This document shows positions 34,701 to 45,400 of a DNA stretch of 64,000 nt, piece after piece. Position numbers and translations under genes: made by a program. The notes beneath the pieces are model-generated. The model did no database searches and was not told the DNA's origin. It saw only the letters and a list, made by a program, of their open reading frames with translations. Source of the DNA: Lama guanicoe (Eukaryota). The stretch is from NCBI GenBank assembly GCA_013239625.1, contig MU056262.1, forward strand, positions 9,090,134 to 9,154,133, in the 5' to 3' direction. How positions within the stretch are numbered: position 1 is the stretch's first letter; each line of letters opens with the position of its first letter.

Positions 34701-37700
34701 GAGGGCCTAGGGTCGGCCACTCATGACTCCCAGCCTGACCTCCGACGCATTGTGGAGCTACCTGCACCTGCCGACTTCCTCAGTCTGAGCAGTGAGACCA
34801 AACCCAAGCTGATGACACCTGACGCCTTCATGACGCCCAGCGCCTCCCTGCAGCAGGTGTGCTGGTGAAGGAGTGTGGGGCTAGGGCTGGGGGACTGGGA
34901 ATGCCTCTCACAGACACGGCCCTTGTTCTCCCATCTCCCCAGATCACTGCGTCTCCCAGTAGCAGTAGTAGCAGTAGCAGCAGCAGCAGCAGCAGCAGCA
35001 GCTCCTCTCTTACAGCTGTGTCTGCCATGGGCAGTACTTCGGCTGTGGACCCCTCCTTGTCCAGGTGAAGTGAGAGTCAGAGTTAGTGGGTAACAGGGGC
35101 TGGTGCCAGGTAGTGCCAAGGTCTGGCTGCTTACACCTCAGCCTTCCTGCCACCAGGCCACCTGAGGAACTGACCTTGAGCCCCAAGCTGCAGTTGGATG
35201 GTGGTCTGACAATGAGCAGCAGCAGCAACCTGCAGGCAAGCCCACGCAGCCTCCTGCCCAGCCTGCTCCCAGGTCCGGCCGACAAATTGACTCCCAAAGG
35301 GCCTGGGCAGGTGCGTGTGTGGGTGTGTGTGAAGTGCAGGTGTATGGCAGTGGGGAGATTGGCGGCAGTCTCCTCTGCTAGCCCTGCTCTGCCTCAGGTG
35401 GCCCATGTTTACCCTGACGTCATCTCAGCCTCCAGTGTTCCCTGGAGGGCAGATCCTCAGCCTCTCCATCCTCACCTCCTCTCCTCCTGGGTGCATCGCC
35501 CTTCACTGCTGTCCCACCTCTCATCACTACAGATACTAGTGCTTTGTCTCTGTACTCCCCTTGTCCCTACTTCCCACCGCCTAAGTTCTTATCTTCGGTC
35601 TACTTCAGGTGCCAACTGCCACCTCTACACTATCCCTGGAGCTGCAGGAAGTAGAGCCCCTGGGGCTGCCTCAGGCTTCCCCTAGCCGCACCCGCTCCCC
35701 CGATGTTATCTCCTCAGCTTCCACTGCCCTGTCCCAGGATATCCCTGAGATTGCATCTGAGGCACTGTCCCGTGGCTTTGGCTCCTCTGCTTCTGAGGGT
35801 CTAGAGCCAGACAGTATGGCCTCAGCTGCCTCGGCACTACACCTTCTGTCCCCACGGCCCCGGCCGGGGCCCGAGCTTGGCCCACAGCTTAACTTGGATG
35901 GAGGCCCTGGGGATGCGGATCGGCATAGTACCCCTTCCCTCCTGGAGGCAGCCTTGACCCAGGAGGCCACAGCCCCTGACAGTCAAGTCTGGCCTACAGC
36001 ACCTGACATTACTCGTGAGACCTGTAGCAGCCTGGCAGAGAGGTGAGGAATTTAGGAGAGGGAAAGTGTGCTGATGGTAGGGTCTTCAGATAGAGTCATC
36101 CACTGCTGAGTTGGCCTGTCCCTCCAGCCCCAGGAATGGCCTCCAGGAAAAGCACAAGAGCCTGGCTTTCCACCGACCACCTTATCACCTGCTGCAGCAA
36201 CATGACAGCCAGGACGCCAGCGCCGAGCAAAGGTAGGCACCACCTCACACCATTCCTTTCACAGGGAGAGCTAGCAAGTGGGTAGGTGCCTAGCCCTCTC
36301 CCTCCCCTTCCCACAGTGACCACGATGATGAGGTGGCCAGCCTTGCCTCTGCTGCAGGGGGCTTTGGCACCAAAGTTCCCACTCCGCGTCTTCCTGCCAA
36401 GGACTGGAAGGCCAAGGGATCCCCTCGGGCCTCACCCAAGCTCAAGAGAAAGGGCAAAAAGGATGACGGGTAGGAGGGGTCCTGGGGCCAGGGAGCGGGG
36501 TGATCTCCAGGCTGCCTGCTTGACATGGCCTGAGGTGCTTCTCATGTATGGCAGGGATTCATCAGTGGGATCCCGGCTCACAGAGCACCAGGTGAGTGAG
36601 CAACTTCCTGCTTCTGGCTCCTGCCTGTGAGGGTGGAGTGGGAATCTGGGCCATCCCCAGGTCTGGTCTGGTGTGTGGGGATGAGTAGGGCAGGCATCAT
36701 GTGATGGTGGTGCTCCTGTCAGGTGGCAGAAATCCCTGAGGACTGGCCAGCGTTAATTTGGCAACAGCAGAGAGAGCTGGCGCAGCTGCGGCACAGCCAA
36801 GAGGAGCTGCTGCAGCGTCTGTGCACCCAGCTTGAAGGTCTGCAGAGCACTGTCACAGGCCATGTAGAACGTGCCCTAGAGTCACGGCATGAGCAGGAGC
36901 GTATCCTTGTGGGCAGTGGCACAGCATGGCATAGGGATGGGGCAACAGCAGCATTCTTGGCTTAGGAAGGGTTGTGGGGCTTGCTCTAGGCCTATTCCTT
37001 AGCTACAAGGCAGAGCGGCGACTAGAGCGGGCACTGGCTGAAGGGCAGCAGCGAGGTGGGCAGCTGCAGGAGCAGCTGACGCAACAGTTGTCCCAAGCTC
37101 TGTCTTCAGCTGTGGCTGGACGGCTGGAGCGCAGCATACGGGATGAGATCAAGAAGACTGTGCCTCCATGTGAGTTTTGCATGGAGACTTCTGGGTGGGC
37201 CACATGGGAGTGGGGCCCCCTTCCTGTCAAGCTTCCTTTCATGGCTCTACCTCTCTATTCTCACCCTACCTCAGGTGTCTCTCGAAGCCTGGAGCCCATG
37301 GCAGGCCAGCTGAGCAACTCGGTGGCCACAAAGCTCACAGCTGTGGAGGGTAGCATGAAAGAGACCATCTCCAAACTGCTAAAGTCCAAGGTGCTATAGG
37401 GCCTAAGATGAGGGAGGTTGGTGGTTGGTGGGCCTGGGCTTGGGCTCAGGCTTTCAACTGAGTCCCTCCCTCCATGCCCAGAACTTGACAGATGCCATTG
37501 CCCGAGCAGCTGCAGACACATTACAGGGGCCAATGCAGGCCGCCTACCGTGAAGCCTTCCAGAGCGTGGTGCTGCCCGCCTTCGAGAAGAGCTGCCAGGC
37601 CATGTTCCAGCAGATCAATGATAGCTTCCGACTGGGCACACAGGAATGTGAGTGCGGTCATATGCCCCCAGCTGGGAGGTGTGTTTCTCCCCCACCAGCC

Positions 37701-39158
37701 ATCTCATGATCCCATGGTCACTTGTCAGACTTGCAGCAGCTGGAGAGCCACATGAAGAGCCGAAAGGCACGTGAGCAGGAGGCGCGAGAGCCTGTGCTGG
37801 CCCAGCTGCGGAGCCTGGTCAGCACACTGCAGGGGGCCACTGAGCAAATGGCGGCGACCGTGTCCAGTAGTGTTCGGGCTGAGGTGCAGCACCAGCTGCA
37901 TGTGGCTGTGGGCAGGTGTGTGGGCAGGGCACTGGGCAAGGTGGTGGGTTTGTAAAGGCCCAGACCAGACTCCCTGTTTACCTCATTTCCCTTCACTTGG
38001 CTTTGCAGCCTGCAGGAGTCAATTTTAGCACAAGTACAGCGCATTGTCAAGGGTGAGGTGAGTGTGGCACTCAAGGAGCAGCAGGCCGCCGTCACCTCTA
38101 GCATCATGCAGGCTATGCGCTCAGCTGCTGGCACACCCGTCCCTGCTGCCCACCTCGACTGCCAAGCCCAGCAAGCCCATATCCTGCAGCTGCTGCAGCA
38201 GGGCCACCTCAATCAGGCCTTCCAGCAGGTAAGCCAGGCACTAGGCACAGGTCGGGTCAAGTGTCTCCTGACAAGGCCCAACCATGATACGTTCCACTCT
38301 ACCCATTAGGCTTTGGGTGGTCAGGTCCCAGCTGACTCTTCTTGGTTCTCTTTTGCCTGCTTTTCTCTCTGCCTGGATGCTGGATCCCTTTCTTCCTCCT
38401 CAGCCCGCCTTGCTTCATAGCCACCCTTCTCAAGAAACCTTTCCTAATCCCTTAGAGTAATAACAGCCCTACAGAGTCTCTCTGGGCTTCCCCCTCTGGA
38501 TCCCCTAGAACTCTTCTCTTTGGTCATCTTCCCCCAGGCCACATAGCCAACAAGCAGGCATCTCATCCTGACATTAGCTGCTCTCTACTCAGGCTCTGAC
38601 TGCTGCTGACTTGAACCTGGTGCTGTTCGTGTGTGAAACTGTAGACCCAGGCCAGGTTTTTGGGCAGCCACCTTGCCCCCTCTCCCAGCCTGTACTCCTG
38701 TCACTCATCCAGCAGCTGGCCTCTGACCTTGGCACTCGAACTGACCTCAAGCTCAGGTGAGTGGGTGTAGTCAGGGACTAGGGCTCGGATCAAGGTGGGA
38801 GAGCAGTTCAGAGACTCCTACTCCTGCCTGACACCCCTCCCTGATTTTCTCCAGCAATCCCCTTTGCCCATCTCAGGCTTTGAGGCCTCCATTGCCTCAT
38901 TGCCACCAGGGGGCGCTCCATCTGCTGGAGGCCACCTGCAGCCTGTCCCTTTCCTCCACCCCCAGCTACCTGGAAGAGGCTGTGATGCACCTGGACCACA
39001 GTGACCCCATCACTCGGGACCACATGGGCTCCGTCATGGCCCAGGTGCGCCAGAAGCTCTTCCAGTTCCTGCAGGCCGAGCCACACAACTCACTTGGCAA
39101 AGCGGCCCGGCGTCTCAGCCTCATGCTGCACGGCCTTATGACCCCTAGCCTCCCTTAG
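28541..39158 (+). CDS. EDC4: Enhancer of mRNA-decapping protein 4 (Ge-1/Hedls), 1402 aa, 29 exons: 28541-28625, 30982-31138, 31549-31660, 31963-32062, 32327-32516, 32623-32770, 32859-32963, 33299-33408, 33491-33574, 33667-33762, 33858-33960, 34060-34240, 34333-34405, 34502-34593, 34669-34856, 34943-35064, 35157-35310, 35609-36042, 36128-36232, 36317-36469, 36555-36591, 36723-36900, 37014-37169, 37275-37390, 37482-37647, 37729-37915, 38009-38228, 38593-38756, 38966-39158
   Basis: MASSCASIDIEDATQHLRDILKLDRPAG start. WD40 region (VKIQPVAKYDWEQKYYYGNLIAVS, LSPDGTVLATASHDGFVKFW, CLHEWKPHDGRPLS), Ser-rich linker and helical C-terminus ending RRLSLMLHGLMTPSLP*. Exons sum to 4209 nt with consistent phases. 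Confidence 0.97.
30245..30339 (-). mobile_element. tRNA-derived SINE (vic-1-like) in EDC4 intron 1
   Basis: Reverse complement GGGGGGGGGTTTTAGCTCACTGGTAGAGCATATGCTTAGCATGCATGAGTTCCTGAGTTCAATCACCAGCACCTCC, followed by an A-rich/(GA)n tail. Confidence 0.85.
32517..32622 (+). other. U12-type (minor spliceosome) GT-AG intron, EDC4 intron 5
   Basis: 5'ss GTATCCTTT; branch point CCTTAAC at 32605-32611, about 10 nt from the AG; weak pyrimidine tract. Confidence 0.92.
34958..35008 (+). repeat. Coding (AGY)n poly-serine tract of EDC4 (17 Ser)
   Basis: 15 AGT/AGC codons plus TCC TCT. Confidence 0.9.
36901..37013 (+). other. U12-type GT-AG intron, EDC4 intron 22
   Basis: 5'ss GTATCCTTG; branch point TTCCTTAGC at 36995-37003; purine-rich 3' end (ctacaaggcag). 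Splicing restores the reading frame HEQEQRRLER. Confidence 0.88.
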
Positions 39159-39477
39159 CTAAGCCTGCCTTACCCAGGGGTGGGATGGCACTGAAGGCCA
39201 GCAGAGAGGCCTAGGCCAAAGCAGGGTCATGTCTGCCTTTTACCTGCTCAGGCTCCCACCTCTTGGGTGTTTGACAAGGGTAGCACTGGCTATGGTCTAT
39301 AGGTTGTGGTAGCCAGCAGGTTTAGGCTGGGCCCAGGGTGGGTATTGTGCCTTCTTGGGTTCTGCCATGCCTGGAGCATGACCCCCGAGATTGTGACATC
39401 ACTTGTGTTAAATTTTCCATGTTCCTTTTTACCTCCAATTTGGATCTTTTTGTTTTTGAAAAACATTGAGAAATTCA

Positions 39478-39498
39478 ATTAAATGCTTTTGGAATAAA
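39478..39498 (+). terminator. EDC4 polyadenylation signals ATTAAA (39478-39483) and AATAAA (39493-39498)
   Basis: About 330 nt after the stop, followed by a GT-rich tract (tgtgtgcttttcatgtgtctttgg). Confidence 0.8.
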
Positions 39499-39901
39499 AT
39501 GGAGTACATGTGTGCTTTTCATGTGTCTTTGGAGTGACTTTGATAACTGCCCTCTGTTACCTGCCCCCTCCCTTCTCCCATTGTGGAGCTTGGTCTCGCC
39601 CAACCCACCCCAGGGGCCTGGACACCCACACTCATCTGCACAGCTGTCTTCCCAGGCCTCCTGTCTCCATCTTTCAGGCAAGGGCCCTGGGATCAGCTCA
39701 GCACCACCTTGTGCCCCTGGGTTCTCCTCTCTGGAGTCCCTCCCTCCATCCCTTGCCTAGCTGGGAGCTGGGGGCGGGGCCGCCAGCTGTCTTTGGAGCC
39801 CTGCCCCCAACTCCCATCCAATCACAGTCCCTTCTTTCGGGGGCTGGGCCGAAGGGCTGTACTCCAAGCTGCTAGCTCTGGCACTAGGCTCCCAGCTGGG
39901 G

Positions 39902-41294
39902 ATGATGCGCTGTTGCTGCTGCCGCTGCTGCCCCTATCGCCACTGCCAGCAACCGCCCCGTGCCCTGGGGCTGTTGCTGTTGCTGCTGCTGCCGTCCTTT
40001 GGTGAGTGCCATTGTGCTGGACCCTGCCCGGGCTGCACATTCTCTCCCCAGACTGGGTATAGATTGTGTGGGAGCTGAGGCCCAGCCTTCCTGAGTGCTG
40101 AGAGCCAGGGTGGAGAGGAGGTGAGAGGGCTCCTGGGAGGGGATAATGTGTGCCAGTGGCTTCAGGATATAAAGTGAGGGGTGTGAACTTAACCCTAGTT
40201 TTGGGGGAAGAACCCCTCATTTCTGCAGCCCTCATTCTGATAAAGGGAGACTTGGACTCTTGCAGGACTCCCAGACCAACCATGGGACCTCTGAGGTCCT
40301 CTGTTAGTGTCAGGCCTGGATCCCAGCACCCTCTATCCTTCCTTACCCATCCAAAAACACTTGTCTTTGGGGGCGAGATGGAAAAGCCAAGCAAAGCTTT
40401 TCTAGGCTGCAGAGAAACAACGCTGCTGGGAGCCCTGCCCGCCTGACCCCCTTCACTGTGACCTCCTTCATTTGGAACATTCCTACCACTCCTAGGGTCC
40501 AGGAGCTCGGAAGAAGAGCCAACCCCTAGGACATGACATCCACTTTCTCCACCCCCACCTATCCTGTCCAGTTCTGCCTAGAAGGGGGCTGAGGCAGGTG
40601 GTCCCCAGATATGCCTCTTAGTTCCCTGGGGCATCCCTTTCACGCTGAGTCACATCCCCGGAGAGCTCCCTGGTAAACAAGTCCCTGGGGGTTGCGGAGG
40701 GGAAAAGACGTTTTCGCTGGATCATTCTATCAACCATTCTCCATCCCTACCTGCAGTCCTTGTATCTCCCCTGGCAGCAGCCACTGTAGGCCCAGGCCGC
40801 TGTGACACCATATACCAGGGCTTTGCCGAATGTCTCATCCGCTTGGGGGACGGCATGGGCCGCGGAGGCGAGCTAGAGACCGTCTGCAGGTATGGGCAAG
40901 TGCGAGGGCAGTAGCCCAACCCTGCCACCCTTGGGGTCTGAACCTCTTTCTTCCCATTCCAAAGCCCCCTCACCCCACCTAATTCCCCTAACCCCACACC
41001 CTTAACAGGTCTTGGAATGACTTCCACACCTGTGCCTCTCGAGTCCTGTTGGGCTGCCCAGAAGAAGCAGCCGCTGTGTGGGAGTCACTACAGCAAGAAG
41101 CTCGCCGGGCCCCACACCCAGATAACTTGCACACCCTGTGTGGCACCCCTGTGCGTGTTCAGGAGCGAGGCGCCGGCCCCGAGACCAACCAGGAGACGCT
41201 GCGGGCAGCTGCACCCGCACTCACCCCGGCCCCCTCGCCGGTGCTGCTGACTGCTGCTCTGGCGCTCGCCTGCCTCCTGGGACCCCTGGCCTAG
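39902..41294 (+). CDS. NRN1L: Neuritin-like protein (CPG15-2), 172 aa, secreted/GPI-anchored. Exons 39902-40001, 40757-40889, 41009-41294.
   Basis: Signal peptide MMRCCCCRCCPYRHCQQPPRALGLLLLLLPSFVLVSPLAAA; neuritin domain RCDTIYQGFAECLIRLGD...CRSWNDFHTCAS...GCPEEAAAVWESLQQEAR...NLHTLCG; hydrophobic GPI tail LLTAALALACLLGPLA*. Phases are consistent. Confidence 0.95.
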
Positions 41295-41384
41295 CCAGTC
41301 CAGTCTGGTCAGGTAGCAGCGCCCTTGCCCCCAGCCCTGCTCTAGTGGCTGCAGTTGGGGCTCTGCAGAGTGTGCTTGGCTTTC

Positions 41385-41390
41385 ATTAAA
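41385..41390 (+). terminator. NRN1L polyA signal ATTAAA
   Basis: About 90 nt after the stop, followed by T-rich sequence. Confidence 0.65.
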
Positions 41391-44004
41391 GGTATTTATA
41401 TTTGTATTAATCTCCTTCCTTTCTTTTGGCTGCGACCGCTTGGCTGGGGCAGAGAATATGATCCTCAGGAAGAGATGGGTGGGGCGGTAGGCAGCCACAT
41501 GGGACTCAGTCTTACTCCTCACAAACACTCATTTCCCAGGGGTGGGGCAGAACTTTCCATCGCTAGCAGTTTCCATGAGTCCTGGTGGTGACCAGAGATG
41601 TGCAGGAATGCACATCTTTCTCTGTCCTCCTGGGTTGGCACTCCTAGCTCTGCCTGTTCCTCCTATCCTGGCCCCTGGTAGTGTCCCTCCCCTTATCCCC
41701 AGGTTCATACTATCATCCAGGCTCCTGGTCCTCTCACCTCCTCTTCCCTCTGCTGAACTACCACCTTAGCCTTCAAGACACAGTTCAGATTAAGTGCTCT
41801 TTCCTCTCCTTCTCTGGAGTCCTGGTCCATCTGAGGGTAGTCTGTCCCAGAAGGTGGGGAGACCCTGTTAGAGCCTACATTCAAGTCCCTGAGGTGAGCT
41901 GGAGCTGTAGAAATGGGTCACAATGAGGGTTCCTCTGTCCTTTGCTCTCCACAAGCTTGTTCTTTGAGCAGTATGAATTAAAAGCAATCCCAGAAGACTT
42001 TCTATGAGCATGGAATGAGTGTGTGCTGTGTACAGAGCCCCTGTTCATCCTGGTGGAGAAGAAGAGCAAAAATCAACATGGGCAAAATCCTGAGGGAAGG
42101 AGGAGGCCTCAGAGAAGATGAGACCCTCTTGATCATCCTCTACCACCACTGCTGGGACCCTCTTCCGAGCCACTATGCCACGGCTTCTGTGGGCACTGCC
42201 ATGACCTCCTAACTGGCTTCTACTCTCCCTTCTTCCTCTTTATTTTCTATTTTTGAAATTGACAAATTGATCCTGATATTAAGTTCCTTGTCATTGTCTA
42301 CAAGACCCTACATAAGCCAGCTGTGTTTGTATGTAGGACAGTTTATTCAGTCTATTCCTTCAACTCTTCTCTGTAGGAGCACAGAGGAATGATCTACCTA
42401 CTCAGTCTTTGGGGTAAGGGGAGGCTTCAGAGAAGGAGGACAGTAGGTGGTGATAGGAGGTAAGGATGCAAGACTTACAAATGGTGGAGGAGAAGTGGGG
42501 CTGAGTTGAAGAGGACTTTATGAGAGGGGCCCAAGGGATCAGCTGGGAGGGGTTGAGCTAGTATAGAACTTGGCAGGCCAGGTTTACACTAAAGCCCATG
42601 CTGGGAGGCTGTTGCTCTCAGGACATAATCAGGCCTGATAGGACCCTTTCTTAGGCTCTAGGGTGACAGGTGCCTCCAGAGACTTCCAACCATATATGTG
42701 GGAGCCATACTTCATCAGTGCTTCCCAAACACTCTGCCATTCCGGTTAGCTAAGACACCTCAGTTAACTCACTCTCTGCCCTATTGTTGCTCCTGTGCTT
42801 CATTCACCTGTACTTTTATTCCCGCTTCTCTCTCCCAACCATTCATTAACCATCTTCTCACATCACCTGAAGGAGAAAATTCAGGAAACAAACACTCACA
42901 GATCTGCCCCATTTGACCATCAGTATCTTCCAGAAGGGAAGGCCAGAGTTTTATTCCTCTAGATCTTTATATATTTATTTTCTGTACTCAGACTATCCTT
43001 CCCCATTTCTTCCTGGTGAACTCCTACTTCTTGTTTAATGTCCTCTCCTCCCTAACCTTGACTCCAAGCTGAATCAGAAGCCTCAGGTACACACAGCTCC
43101 AGGACTTTCTCCTGCCTCAGTACTGATAGCACTGGCTCACTGGCTTGTTACTGTCTGGGTCCAGGTCAGAATTCCCCACTGTGGATTCCCTGAGGGTCCT
43201 GTTTGTGTGTCTAGCACCCAAGCTAGGGCTGGATACAAAGAGTGCACTTGTGGGAGTGTGTGGAATGAAAAATAGAACTTATTTTTATAGAAACTGTTAC
43301 AGATAGCAAGAGCTTGGACTGAGAATGAGTTGGAGAACGTGTCTTCTTGGCGCGGCCCCCTTAACCTGGGCATATATTGTTGGGAGGGATGGTGCCACGG
43401 CTTCAAACGCCAAAAGTCTTCCCAGAGCCATTCTTGATGGATGGCCAGGAGCAGCCTGCTTCCAGGAGCAGGGGCCTGACTGTGTTGGCCAGCCATCAGG
43501 GAGATTACCATCCTTCTGCTGTGACCTACTTTCCCCTGGTTTTTGCTCCCTAAGTCCCTGCTCTTCCCTGGAAATGAGTGACCTGGAGTGTGTTTTGTGC
43601 ATGGGGGTGGGGACAGAATCTGCTCTCTGGCCAGGGGCTTAAGAGCTTTGTCTGTTTTATCCCAGAGCTGGAGGAGAGGGTTGGGCTGACAGCCAAATGG
43701 ACTGGGCCCTAGCTAAACACAGCTGCCCAGGCCAGAGTATCATGGTGATGGTTCTCACATTCACAGCTCTGTAGACATGGAATAGCTTATTGTTCAGGGG
43801 AGAGCCTGGGGGCTGGACGTCCTGAACCCAGTCCCTTCTGTATCAATATACCTCTCCATCTTGGGGTCTGGTGTTCTTCACCAGAGCCCAGACCAGCACC
43901 TGCCCATAGCAAGGACTCAATAAATATTTCTTGAATTAATTTGCTGAATGTCAGTAAAGTAGAGGTGTTGTGTGGATTTCTAAGCCCCATCAACCCTGGA
44001 TTCT

Positions 44005-44190
44005 ATATTATTTTCAATCCTCACAATAACCGTGGGGTCAGAATTACGATCCCCATTGTACAGATAAGAAACATGAGGCTTAAGGAGGGGAGATATCTTG
44101 CTTAAGTTCACATAACTATGGAAGTGTCAGAGTTGGGATATGATCCCAAGTTTGTTTGGCCCCTAAGTCCATTCCCTTAATCACTAGATA
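44005..44190 (-). mobile_element. MIR SINE
   Basis: aatcctcacaataacc...ccccattgtacagataagaaacatgaggctt...cttgcttaagttcaca...gagttgggatatga. Confidence 0.65.
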
Positions 44191-44869
44191 TATGGAAGTA
44201 ATTTTTAGTTTGTTTTTTTTTAAATAAAATCTTTCCTGAAACCCTACTGCATAAAACAGGTGGTGTTTTATTGGTGTTCATACATTTTTAGGGTTAAAAT
44301 ATAACATTATCTTATAGTCAGTTAAAGACAATTTCATATATGAAGTTCCCAATAAAGATTTTAATAGATGAACAGACTGAAATGAGGAAGATGGAATGGA
44401 GATTACAATCTCCTTATTTCTTGAGTCATCTATTCCCCTCCACTCTGCAATCTGGGCAAAGTAGTGAGATAATTATGAATCTAAAGCGGAATCGTTCATG
44501 GTAACAATTTTTCTTTAATCTACTTGCTTTGCAGTCTCAGGATGTATTTAAATTTAGTAACAATAACAACCCTTAAAACAGACAAAAACCGTTACGCCAA
44601 AGCTGGCCCAAACTGATATCACCGATCCTCAAGCTTCAACACATCTGACTGTCTGAATTATTTTAATTGCAGTTTTAATAGATTGGTATTTTAAACCGAT
44701 CCTTTGCGGAGTTTCAGAAACCTCTGTTGAAATGCACTACATCCCCCATTTGGCACTATAAAGCGCTCTCCCACCCTAATTTGAATCTAGAAACTTTCTC
44801 CCTACTACCCACAGTGTCTGCCTAAACCTAAGGTGGAAACATTTGGAGCAACACTGAACACTCTCTACT

Positions 44870-45400
44870 CCTGGAGAAAGCCCGGCCCCGCCCTGAAGGC
44901 GTTGATTGGCAAGCCACTCTCAGAGCGCCGCCAACCGGGCAGCCCGGATCTCCCGAGAGCCCGCCCCTGTTCCGCCCCGTGGGCGGCCCGGATTTGTTTT
45001 GGCGTCAAGCGCGCGCTGTGATGACGCCACGACGCTGACGCCTGAGGATGGCGGCGGCGGCGGCGGCCGTGGCTGCGACCCGAAGAGGGTCAGCACAGTC
45101 GCCCAGACGCCGAAGAGCCCGCCGTCCGCGCGAGGTGAGGCGGCCCTGCCCACGGCGACGGTCTGACGGGCAGGAGGGGCTGAGGAGAGGCCACGGTCAC
45201 TTTCTGGAGCACCGGGCCCGTTCCTGCCCATACTTCGGCCCGTGCCCCGTGTTCCGGGGCCTACGGGACTGAGGAGCAGGCCAGGCGATTGCAGCTCGGG
45301 GTTCCCGGTGTCCAAGGGTTAATTGGCCTCGAAACGTGCTGCTGTGCTGGATAACCCGTCTCTGAGGCCGCAAGGGCCAGGTGGACGTGGTCAGCTGTCC
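44870..45400 (+). promoter_or_regulatory. PSKH1 CpG-island promoter: inverted CCAAT (ATTGG ~44905), GC boxes (~44961, ~44972), CRE half-sites (TGACG ~45003, 45022, 45036), YY1-like GATGGCGGC (45047)
   Basis: Direct motif reading plus CpG density. Confidence 0.75.
45040..45134 (+). other. PSKH1: PSKH1 exon 1 (5'UTR, carries the uORF start at 45048); 5' end approximate
   Basis: Donor CGCGAG|GTGAGG at 45134/45135; pairs with the acceptor ctgtctgtatag|GTGTAG at 54032/54033. Confidence 0.75.

Noticed and set aside
35086-35685. 199-aa ORF reading through EDC4 intron 17
   Set aside because: The intron is 298 nt (not a multiple of 3) and pyrimidine-rich; retention would frameshift to a premature stop.
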